A stretch of 64,000 nucleotides of DNA from Candidatus Saccharimonadales bacterium (GCA_038211855.1 JBBQVE010000003.1:33907-97906), one strand, 5' to 3'. Shown: positions 35,307 through 42,726, counted from the stretch's first letter. Notes: a model not told the origin generated them from the sequence alone. Program-made: numbers and translations.

Positions 35307-35969
35307 TTACCTTTTGCCAGAACAGGTTGCAGGTGACCACAGGCCTTTGCTGGTAGCTTCGGCTTGGGCTTGGTCGGCTTTGAATTTTGTTTGGTATTGA
35401 TAGGGGACGACATAGGTGTATTCGTAGGCGTAGCCTTCAGCAACGAGTTCTTCATTATAGTTTGTGCCATCCGTTAAGAAGATGTAGCGTAGCAGGCGAC
35501 CGTATTTATCTCTGTTGTTTTGAGTTGGGTCTGCTGCAAGTCGTACCGCTTGGTTGAGTAAGTGGGCCTTGGTGAAATCCGATGCAGCTTTGCCAAAGCA
35601 CTGGACTTTTTTGCGCGGGTCGACGGTTTCGGGCGTGTCTACACCAATCAAACGGATTGTCTCGTTTTTGCCGTTTATATTCGCTTTGATGGTGTCACCG
35701 TCGACTGTGTAGTTAATTTGGTAAATTGTACTTGGAATATCAGCGGTTGTTGCTGCTGCTGGCTGAGCTTCCGACGGTACAACATATCCACTATTTGTAG
35801 GTGTGACTTCCGATTCGGTACCCTGGACCTGTGGTGCACTAAGAGTGTTTTTGGCTGGCAGGCGAGCAGCATAAACGAGGGTTGCACTTAGTATTAATAC
35901 AACCGCAATAGGCAGCGCTATCCTCTTTGGGCTACCGGACTCCTTGTGATGATATTTCGGCGTGGACAT
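35307..35969 (-). CDS. Secreted thermonuclease (staphylococcal nuclease/SNase family)
   Basis: N-terminal anchor. VDGDTIKANINGKNETIRLIGVDTPE...CFGKAASDFTK...DKYGRLLRYIF...NEELVAEGYAYEY is the SNase signature. Confidence 0.8.
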   Translation of the reverse strand: MSTPKYHHKESGSPKRIALPIAVVLILSATLVYAARLPAKNTLSAPQVQGTESEVTPTNSGYVVPSEAQPAAATTADIPSTIYQINYTVDGDTIKANINGKNETIRLIGVDTPETVDPRKKVQCFGKAASDFTKAHLLNQAVRLAADPTQNNRDKYGRLLRYIFLTDGTNYNEELVAEGYAYEYTYVVPYQYQTKFKADQAQAEATSKGLWSPATCSGKR

Positions 35970-36054
35970 TGCTGTAGTATAACGGCCTTAGTCTGGCTTA
36001 AGCAAAAGCCACTTGCTACAGGGGTCGTCGTAGTGTAAAATACATCTCTAATAC

Positions 36055-37026
36055 ATGGAACTATTCAATATTGTGCTTGAGACGGTCCTGTTGGTGGGGG
36101 CCTCGGCCATTTGTTCGGGGCTCAACCTCTCTTTGATGGCGCTCGAAGTGTCTGACTTGCAGCGTAAGTCCCGCGGCGGCAGCAAACAAGCCAAGAGAAT
36201 TCTGCCACTGCGCAAAAACAGTCATTTGAGCCTGGCGAGTATCCTGCTAACAAACGTCGCGGTCATATCGGCTACATCATTATCACTCGAGCATCACTTT
36301 AATGGGTTGATCGCAGGCATTATTGGAACGCTTTTAATCGTCGTATTTGGAGAGATTTTTCCACAAGCTATTTTTGTTCGTCAGGCGTTGCGCATCACTG
36401 CTTTTTTTGTGCCTGTTTTGAAATTTATGATCATTATTACTTATCCGATTTCAAAGCCGTTGCAGCTGCTACTCGATGCTCTGTTCGGGCCAGAACAGGC
36501 TCATTTGCATAGCCGCCGTGATATAGGTTTGATTTTGTCCGAGCAGGCCACCGACGAAGGCAGTGAACTTGACGAAGACGAGGTGGAAATTATGCGCGGG
36601 GCACTCTCGCTCAGTCAAAAGCGGGTTCGCGACATCACGACCGACATACGTCATGTGTTCTGGGTGACACCGAATACGGTGGTAGATGCTGCAAAAATTG
36701 ATGAGATTAAAGACGAAAATTGGAGCCGTATTCCTATCTTCAACGAAGAACGCACCGAGACATACGGCGTGTTACTCATGAAAGATTTAGTCGATATCGA
36801 CTTTGATGAGCGTAGCTATATGGTCAAAGAACTGCCGAATAAGCCTACTAAAGTCATTGGCAGCATGACGGCGCTGGACACTTTGTTCCGTAAGTTTATT
36901 GGAGCTCACTCGCACCTCATGCCAGTTGAGCGCGATGATAAGATTATCGGCATCGTGACGATTGAAGATTTGATTGAAGAAATCCTTGGCCATGAAATCG
37001 AAGACGAATCCGACCACGAGTCGTAG
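36055..37026 (+). CDS. CNNM/CorB-like transporter (DUF21 membrane domain + CBS pair)
   Basis: Four N-terminal TM helices (DUF21), then EDEVEIMRGALSLSQKRVRDIMT-like and two CBS motifs. No CorC_HlyC C-terminal domain. Confidence 0.8.
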   Translation: MELFNIVLETVLLVGASAICSGLNLSLMALEVSDLQRKSRGGSKQAKRILPLRKNSHLSLASILLTNVAVISATSLSLEHHFNGLIAGIIGTLLIVVFGEIFPQAIFVRQALRITAFFVPVLKFMIIITYPISKPLQLLLDALFGPEQAHLHSRRDIGLILSEQATDEGSELDEDEVEIMRGALSLSQKRVRDITTDIRHVFWVTPNTVVDAAKIDEIKDENWSRIPIFNEERTETYGVLLMKDLVDIDFDERSYMVKELPNKPTKVIGSMTALDTLFRKFIGAHSHLMPVERDDKIIGIVTIEDLIEEILGHEIEDESDHES

Positions 37027-37040
37027 TATATAATCGGGGT

Positions 37041-37478
37041 ATGAAGACAATCGTGATTTGCGCGAGCGTGAGTTTCTATAGGCAAGCCATAGAAATCGAA
37101 GAGCAAGTCAAAGGGCAGGGCTACAAAGTCATCGTGCCAAAAATTGCATACGCCATGCGTGACGCAAACGATTTCGAAGTCAGTCACTACAAAACTTGGT
37201 TTGCCGATGCCAACGAATATCACAAAAAGGGCGAACTCATGCGGGCACATTTTGATAGGATCGCAGAAGGTGACGCGGTACTCGTGCTTAACTTTGAGAA
37301 GCACGGTGTGCAGAATTACATTGGCGGAAACGTGCTGATGGAAATGGGGATTGCGTTTTACTTGGAGAAACCGGTTATTATCCTGAATGAAGTTCCCAAA
37401 GATTCAGCTTTTTTGGAAGAACTACTCGGCTTTGAGCCTACAGTGCTACACGGCAAACTCGCTGACCTAAAAATTTAG
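37041..37478 (+). CDS. Nucleoside 2-deoxyribosyltransferase-like Rossmann protein (tentative)
   Basis: 145 aa. MKTIVICASVSF...DAVLVLNFEKHGVQNYIGGNVLMEMGIAFYLEKPVIIL resembles the NDT-like fold pattern. The assignment is weak. Confidence 0.4.
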   Translation: MKTIVICASVSFYRQAIEIEEQVKGQGYKVIVPKIAYAMRDANDFEVSHYKTWFADANEYHKKGELMRAHFDRIAEGDAVLVLNFEKHGVQNYIGGNVLMEMGIAFYLEKPVIILNEVPKDSAFLEELLGFEPTVLHGKLADLKI

Positions 37479-37526
37479 CACGAGACCTAGTAAAAAACAG
37501 GGGTGCATGGTATAATTTTTCGACGA

Positions 37527-37603
37527 GGCGATGTAGCTCAGTTGGTTAGAGCACAGGACTCATAAGCCTGGGGTCACAAGTTCAAATCTTGTCATCGCTA
37601 CCA
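37527..37603 (+). tRNA. tRNA-Met (anticodon CAU), elongator-like, CCA encoded
   Basis: GGCGATGTAGCTCAGTTGGTTAGAGCACAGGACTCATAAGCCTGGGGTCACAAGTTCAAATCTTGTCATCGCTACCA forms a 77-nt cloverleaf. It closely resembles my recollection of E. coli elongator tRNA-Met. TGGTATAAT -10 at 37508-37516. Confidence 0.9.
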
Positions 37604-39101
37604 AATCAGAATTTATAGCCGATTCGTCGGCTATTTTCTTTAATAACAGATAAGAGTCTGTCAATTCAACGGTTCCAAAACCGGTTTCAAGGTCATACGG
37701 TACTCCAGACGGAAAAAGTAACTTCTGAATAGCTTGTCTACTTCTTGTGCTAGCTCGGTTCCAAAAAATATCTGGTGTTTTAATAAAACTCATAGCATCG
37801 TCGACTATTTGTTCTTTCTCTTTTACGTAGCTGTCCATTTCTGTTTTTTCTTGTTCTAGTAGTGCTATCTTATCGTCAATGCGTCTTAGTTGTTCGTCTC
37901 TATCATCTTCCGTAATCTTGTCTGCAATAAACTTATTATTAGTCGAGAATCTCAGCTCTTTATGCACTTCAATATCTCGATTCACTTGTGCCGCTGTTTC
38001 GAGCGCTTTACCGTATTCATCATTCCACTCCCTTAAAACCACTATCTTAAATAGTTTGGCAATCCCTTGATTTATCGGGCGTTTACTTTCCAGTAGTTCT
38101 CTAAAATGTTTGTGGACCATATCCGCATCTTGGCTAGATTTCTTGTGAGTTACAGATTTACGACAGGTTTTTCTTGGACAGTGATACATGGAGTAGTGGC
38201 CACCGTTACCATGAGGCGTGCTGGCAGAAAGGGGTAGGCTGCAGTTCGTACATAGCAGAGTGCCTCTTAATGGATAAAAGTCATCACCTTTAATAACAAA
38301 TACTCGTTTGTCTTTATTGATTATTTCTATATTCTTATATATCGTTTCCTCGCCTACTAAAGGTGTATGTCTACCTCTAATTATCTTGGTACTTAGTTTA
38401 TTTTTGGTATAACCAGCATAGAATAAGTTCACTAAAATTATCTTCATAGCATCATGGGCTTTTGGTTTTCCAGATTTTGTCTTTATACCATTATCAAATG
38501 CCATTCGAGAAATATCGGCTACACTGTAGGTTCCTTTTGAAAACTCAGTAAGTAATACTCGAATCTTGTCTGCATAATCAGGGTCGGGTACAACCGACCT
38601 GTTGACCTTTTTGTAGCCGATTGTAGCGCTGTGCGGCCATTCTCCTTGCTCTACACGCATTCTCATGCCTGTAAGGCTTCTAATAGCTCGTATTTCGTTA
38701 TCAAACTGTGCTGCAGCAGCTAGAATAGCCTCCAAGAACCTACCGACAGGGTCATCATCTATTGGCTCAGTGACTGAAATGATTTTAATGTCATATTTTG
38801 CTAAGGCAACCTTGATTCCGTAGTAGTCACCAAGATTTCTTGCTAGTCTGTCAATTTTCCAGATATAAAGTACATCAATTTTGCCTTTGTTATCTCTAAC
38901 AAATTGAAGCATACGCTGTAGCTCTGTGCGGTCAATAAACTTGGCCGATTCGCCTTCTTCCCTGAAAATGTGCGAATCAGGAACGGGTACTTCCTGCTTA
39001 CGGGCGAAGAGCTTACACTCTTTTTCTTGATTATCAAGACTAAGGCGTTTTTCGGCCTGTTCTTTTGTGGATACTCTTGTATAGATAATTCCTAGACCCA
39101 T
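37560..39101 (-). CDS. Large serine recombinase (integrase); last 14 codons are encoded by the antisense of tRNA-Met
   Basis: GIIYTRVSTKEQ (catalytic Ser), DRLARN, recombinase domain, Cys-rich zinc ribbon (CTNCSLPL...YHCPRKTC) and a coiled-coil region. The ORF ends ...SDLVAMTRFELVTPGL*, with the stop (TGA) in the tRNA anticodon loop. TATAAT lies 6 nt upstream of ATG 39101. Confidence 0.9.
   Translation of the reverse strand: MGLGIIYTRVSTKEQAEKRLSLDNQEKECKLFARKQEVPVPDSHIFREEGESAKFIDRTELQRMLQFVRDNKGKIDVLYIWKIDRLARNLGDYYGIKVALAKYDIKIISVTEPIDDDPVGRFLEAILAAAAQFDNEIRAIRSLTGMRMRVEQGEWPHSATIGYKKVNRSVVPDPDYADKIRVLLTEFSKGTYSVADISRMAFDNGIKTKSGKPKAHDAMKIILVNLFYAGYTKNKLSTKIIRGRHTPLVGEETIYKNIEIINKDKRVFVIKGDDFYPLRGTLLCTNCSLPLSASTPHGNGGHYSMYHCPRKTCRKSVTHKKSSQDADMVHKHFRELLESKRPINQGIAKLFKIVVLREWNDEYGKALETAAQVNRDIEVHKELRFSTNNKFIADKITEDDRDEQLRRIDDKIALLEQEKTEMDSYVKEKEQIVDDAMSFIKTPDIFWNRASTRSRQAIQKLLFPSGVPYDLETGFGTVELTDSYLLLKKIADESAINSDLVAMTRFELVTPGL
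37615..37641 (+). terminator. tRNA-Met terminator hairpin located inside the recombinase coding region
   Basis: ATAGCCGA-ttcg-TCGGCTAT + TTTCTTT, 12 nt after the CCA end. On the minus strand it encodes ...KKIADESAIN.... Confidence 0.5.
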
Positions 39102-39147
39102 GGAACCATTATACGACTAATATTTACAGGTTATAAGTGTTGATATT

Positions 39148-39300
39148 TTATTTTGGAACTGTTTGTTGTACGAAGTCTTTTGCAATTACTTCTAGGAGAG
39201 AAATAATATCCGCGATTTGCGCATCGGAAAACTCCTTATACGGTTTGCCGAGAAGCTTTCGTGCCTCTTTAATTGTAATTATTGGCGAATCTTGAGACAC
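39148..39300 (-). CDS. Candidate 50-aa protein between recombinase and DUF5681-like gene
   Basis: GTG start. Product VSQDSPIITIKEARKLLGKPYKEFSDAQIADIISLLEVIAKDFVQQTVPK looks protein-like. However, there is no SD and it starts right after a terminator hairpin (39303-39330). Confidence 0.3.
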   Translation of the reverse strand: MSQDSPIITIKEARKLLGKPYKEFSDAQIADIISLLEVIAKDFVQQTVPK

Positions 39301-39386
39301 AAAAGCCCTTCACAAAGTTAGAAGGGCTCTAGATACAAAACGGCCTATTAAGCCTATTGTATACTATCTAGACATAATACTAAAGC

Positions 39387-39710
39387 TTATTTTGTAGTAG
39401 TGTATCTTCTATGTACAATGATAAGTTTCTTATCCTCTTCCTCTCTAACCTGACCACTGTTGCCATAGCCGTGTCTTATGAGTAGTTCAGTAGCTCTTAA
39501 ATCTCCACGAATCGCCCTAACTATCATTCCCTTAATAATTGCTTCTATTGGCGTACCCAATGTTTCTTTTCCAAGAAGTGTATAACCAATTTCTACATCT
39601 TCGAGGAATTCTTTGATGTAACTGGAAACATGCTTAGAGCCTTTAGGTTTGCTGCCGCGTCGTATATCATATCCTTTTTTGAAAGGTTTAAGGTTTTGTT
39701 GATTTGCCAT
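39387..39710 (-). CDS. DUF5681-like phage/plasmid-associated protein
   Basis: The N-terminal NLKPFKKGYDIRRGSKPKGSK resembles the N..L.PFKKG....GRPKG motif of DUF5681. The rest is unassigned. Confidence 0.5.
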   Translation of the reverse strand: MANQQNLKPFKKGYDIRRGSKPKGSKHVSSYIKEFLEDVEIGYTLLGKETLGTPIEAIIKGMIVRAIRGDLRATELLIRHGYGNSGQVREEEDKKLIIVHRRYTTTK

Positions 39711-39828
39711 AATCTCACTGTATTCTCGCAGTAATTATTAATAAAAAAGCAACAAAGTGCTTGGCTAAGTTACCTAGGTAAACTATAGCACTCCTTGTCC
39801 AAGTCATCCGAAGGAGGTATGCTTAATT

Positions 39829-39934
39829 TGTCTTAAGCTAGCAGTAGTTTTCTAATTGCACATCAGTGCGGTTTTGCCATTAAATGGCATCCGTACAAAA
39901 GCAGTTAGGCAAAACCTACTGTTGGCTTAAGACA
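39829..39934. repeat. Nested inverted repeats in the divergent intergenic region of the element
   Basis: Outer arms TGTCTTAAGCTAGCAGTAG (39829-39847) / CTACTGTTGGCTTAAGACA (39916-39934), 17/19 complementary. Inner arms GGTTTTGCC (39870-78) / GGCAAAACC (39908-16). Preceded by AAGGAGG and a 5-codon mini-ORF (39819-39836). Confidence 0.5.
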
Positions 39935-39970
39935 CCTAGTACGGGTGCCTTTTTAGTTTAGGAGCATTTT

Positions 39971-40627
39971 ATGGAAAAACTGTTCGACGTAGAAGAACTT
40001 CATAAGACTTATCGTAAGAGAAAAATTAAAAAAGTTCTTCTTACTTTAGCTGCAGTTTCGCTTTTAATCGTAGTATCAAATAAGTATGTTCCAAGATTTA
40101 GTAATACAAGGTCTTCTTTAATTACTCCTACACAGACATCTGCCGAACCTGTATCTGTATTAGGTGAGAATAATACTAGAGTTAGTGGTTCTACATACAA
40201 TCCAGGACTTTCAAAAGACGAAGCCTTGGCAAAGCAGCAAGCCGCTCAGGCGCAACAACAACTTGATGCTGCAAACCAAAATCTAAAAAATGTATATCAG
40301 AATATTGGAAATACGGATTCGTATACTCCAACTACCGACTACTCATCAACTACTAGCAATAACACCTACAGTCCTCCAGGGGTAACAAATACACCGAAAC
40401 CAGTTTGCACGCCAAACCCACAGTTAGCTGGTTTAAGCGCTTCAATAGTTCAGGCTCAAGGTCAAATATCGGCTTTTAATGATAAGCTCAACACTCCTGG
40501 CGATATGTATGGCTACAATGCCTCTGGCTATGCTAATTATCGTGCGCAAGAAGGGCAGAGGTTACAGTCACAACTCAGCCAGCTACAAAGTCAATACAAC
40601 CAGCTAAAGGCACAGAGTAACTGTTAA
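39971..40627 (+). CDS. Membrane-anchored Q/N/S/T-rich hypothetical protein
   Basis: GGAG SD. TM LLTLAAVSLLIVV. Low-complexity coiled-coil-like Q-rich segments. Confidence 0.5.
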   Translation: MEKLFDVEELHKTYRKRKIKKVLLTLAAVSLLIVVSNKYVPRFSNTRSSLITPTQTSAEPVSVLGENNTRVSGSTYNPGLSKDEALAKQQAAQAQQQLDAANQNLKNVYQNIGNTDSYTPTTDYSSTTSNNTYSPPGVTNTPKPVCTPNPQLAGLSASIVQAQGQISAFNDKLNTPGDMYGYNASGYANYRAQEGQRLQSQLSQLQSQYNQLKAQSNC

Positions 40628-40710
40628 CCGTAAGTATCAAAATTACAATTTATTATATGGGCTAATAGCAAAAGTATGACGTATTAAATCTCCTAATGTA
40701 CTGAAGAAAT

Positions 40711-41019
40711 CTACTTAGCAGGAATTAGTGCAAAAGAGTCTGATGCTACCTTAAGCCCACTCTCTTTAATATAGTCTAGTTTCTCTTTAGCAGGCTTTTC
40801 TCTCAAGTTAATAGGCAGTCGAGAATTCAAATAGTAGAAAAGTTCATCACTTTCTGCGGTTTTAGAGTTGTTCGCTAGTGGAATAAAGCCGACCTGCTTC
40901 CAATAATTTGTAGGAATATTATCCGCTAATTCAAAAACAAACTTACCATTAAACACGACCGTTCCAATGGTCATATTTAATAATTCATCTTTTAAAATAA
41001 ATGTTACTGGCTTGCTCAC
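40711..41019 (-). CDS. HipS-like protein (resembles HipA N-terminal subdomain), encoded downstream of the kinase
   Basis: 102 aa. GTG start 3 nt after the kinase stop with GAGGGG SD. The segments ...IGTVVFNGKFVFE..., ...LFYYLNSRLP... and ...ASDSFALIPAK parallel my recollection of the HipA N-domain (vGeL...F.Y / fF.NLLP / DsvGAvtLIP). Inference. Confidence 0.5.
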   Translation of the reverse strand: MSKPVTFILKDELLNMTIGTVVFNGKFVFELADNIPTNYWKQVGFIPLANNSKTAESDELFYYLNSRLPINLREKPAKEKLDYIKESGLKVASDSFALIPAK

Positions 41020-41022
41020 GGT

Positions 41023-41985
41023 CTACCCCTCATAGATGCTTCTTAGTCTAGTGTAACGCATTATTAGGGACTTATATAGGAGTTTTCTTCGCCTTGTATC
41101 ATATTCTAAAATCTCCAAGCTAGGCATTTTAATCACTAAACCTGCGAGTTCCAGCATATCCATGTCTTTAACTCTTTTAAGGCTCTTCTTGAATCTTCTG
41201 CCCCAAGATGAGTTAGATTTTAAATGCTGTTCAATTAGTTCAAACATATTTGTTTTCTCTCTCTTTGAATTAAGGATAAATCCGTACTTACTGTTTTCAA
41301 CGTATCTCTTAAGTCTCTCTTCATCGTTCGTCATATTATCTATATCAGCATCACTTAACTCAAACATCAGACTGCTTCCATGGTCAAACAAAGGGGTAAA
41401 ATAACGTAAAGAAACTAACCTCTGTCGGTCAACTAAAATCTGCTGTCTATATTTTTGATAGGAGCAAATACCCCAGTTTTCGTGGTGTCTATCCATATTA
41501 CCTATCAGTGCATCAAATACGACCATATCTGCATAACTTTGCAGCAGGTCATCTGCAGCGTAGTACTTACCCTTTATTTTTTCTTCTATAGCTTCAAGTC
41601 TTAGTGGTTCAGATGGTGTTTCAACGATAGCTGCACCATAGGTTGTTTCTACCTTTTTAGGGAATATATTTCTAGCAAAGCTGCCCACAGGCTTCCAATT
41701 TCTTGGCAATATTCCTGGGTAACGGCTTCGCAAGACACTCTCTAGCCTTTTGGGCGTGGTTTTGATTGTTACTAACTGTGCATTCAATCCCATCAATTCT
41801 GCGATGTGTGACGCCAAGCACTCAGCCCAAACCTCGCGAGGTGTATGTGTGTACGTTTTGAAGAAAAAGATTTGTTTCTTATCTTTATGATAAAACGTAA
41901 GCCGAGGCCTACTACCGCCAACAACTTCAGCATGAACCGTACTATATCGATTCATATCGAGTTCGTTGACTGTAAAGTGTTTCAT
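41023..41985 (-). CDS. HipA-family serine/threonine kinase lacking the N-terminal subdomain (HipT-like)
   Basis: VVFDALIGNMDRHHENWG (catalytic loop, compare IGATDGHAKNFS), TPLFDHGSS (DxG-like) and GGSRPRL (Gly-rich loop). Confidence 0.75.
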   Translation of the reverse strand: MKHFTVNELDMNRYSTVHAEVVGGSRPRLTFYHKDKKQIFFFKTYTHTPREVWAECLASHIAELMGLNAQLVTIKTTPKRLESVLRSRYPGILPRNWKPVGSFARNIFPKKVETTYGAAIVETPSEPLRLEAIEEKIKGKYYAADDLLQSYADMVVFDALIGNMDRHHENWGICSYQKYRQQILVDRQRLVSLRYFTPLFDHGSSLMFELSDADIDNMTNDEERLKRYVENSKYGFILNSKREKTNMFELIEQHLKSNSSWGRRFKKSLKRVKDMDMLELAGLVIKMPSLEILEYDTRRRKLLYKSLIMRYTRLRSIYEG

Positions 41986-42031
41986 ATCCTACTAACAGTA
42001 TAGTCTAAGGCTATAGTTCAAAGCCTTCCGC

Positions 42032-42136
42032 TCACACTTTAACAGTAGTTTCTTCCCTTACTGTATTAACTATCTGCCACATGGCTATCAGCTCTCGCTT
42101 TATTTGGTTCCAATTCGTTCCTATCACGCCTACCAT
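42032..42136 (-). repeat. Tail unit U-Met-1 (right end of the integrative element; predicted alternative recombinase C-terminus)
   Basis: The minus-strand frame from ATGGTAGGC reads MVGVIGTNWNQIKRELIAMWQIVNTVREETTVKV*. It is in the same frame relative to TGGTA as the recombinase ...SDLVA. Confidence 0.6.
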
Positions 42137-42138
42137 AT

Positions 42139-42170
42139 AAAAAGCACCTGCTTAGACACAGGTGCTTTTT
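42139..42170. terminator. Bidirectional terminator
   Basis: AAAAAGCACCTG-8 nt-CAGGTGCTTTTT. It lies directly after the CCTACCA core and directly after the stop of 42175..42726. Confidence 0.7.
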
Positions 42171-42174
42171 ATTT

Positions 42175-42726
42175 TTACATGAGTTTGAATATTTCAGCAT
42201 TGGGGTAAGGATCAACATGACTATCAAGTGGAAGGTTTTTGATACTGCGGCGTAACGTGCGGACAAAGGCGCCGTGACCTACGACGAGAATTGTGTCTTC
42301 GGGTCTTGACATGATAAATTTTAAAACACCATCGGTGCGTACTCGAAGATCGGTCAGTTTCTCGACATTTTTATAGTGGTCAACCTTTGACTCGTGCAAA
42401 AGATACATTGCCTTCGCATCCTTATTTGACGTACCTTCAAGTTCACCGAATGTTCGTTCGATGAGATCATTTCGAACAATAATATCTTCAATCGGATAGC
42501 CGGTTGCTTGGGCGATATATGTGGCGGTCTCCCGAGCGCGAGAAAGTGGCGAACAAAAAATGACATCAAACTTGAGCCCATCAGCGGCAGCTTTTTCACC
42601 AGCTTTTTTTGCTTGTGAGCGGCCTTCCTCGCTGAGAGGAGTTTCTTGGCTACCCGTCCAAATTTCAGCTGCGTTGGCGACACTTTGGCCATGACGAATG
42701 TAGTAAAGGTGTTTCAAGAGCGGCAC
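42175..42726 (-). CDS. Histidine phosphatase family protein (phosphoglycerate mutase-like)
   Basis: LYYIRHGQSVAN (RHG motif), ...SPLSRARETA..., ...VVGHGAF.... Confidence 0.8.
   Translation of the reverse strand: MPLLKHLYYIRHGQSVANAAEIWTGSQETPLSEEGRSQAKKAGEKAAADGLKFDVIFCSPLSRARETATYIAQATGYPIEDIIVRNDLIERTFGELEGTSNKDAKAMYLLHESKVDHYKNVEKLTDLRVRTDGVLKFIMSRPEDTILVVGHGAFVRTLRRSIKNLPLDSHVDPYPNAEIFKLM

Larger units (their letters stand above)
37604..42136. mobile_element. Integrative element at the 3' end of tRNA-Met (serine recombinase, HipA-like kinase module)
   Basis: The left end abuts the tRNA CCA. The right end is the tail unit ending GCCTACCAT (42128-42136), followed by a host-type terminator. 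The element is AT-rich (hand counts 13/60 and 19/60 G+C at 38281-38340 and 41401-41460, against 33/60 at 45361-45420). Confidence 0.65.

Noticed and set aside
35099-35470. A 123-aa minus-strand ORF overlapping the 3' end of the nuclease gene and the orphan transcription unit.
   Set aside because: It is out of frame with the clearly recognisable SNase gene, is low-complexity, and spans a bidirectional terminator.
37604-42136. Whether the tRNA-Met island is a prophage.
   Set aside because: No capsid, portal, terminase large subunit, tail, lysis or replication genes can be recognised. It is only 4.5 kb, so it is called a minimal integrative island instead.
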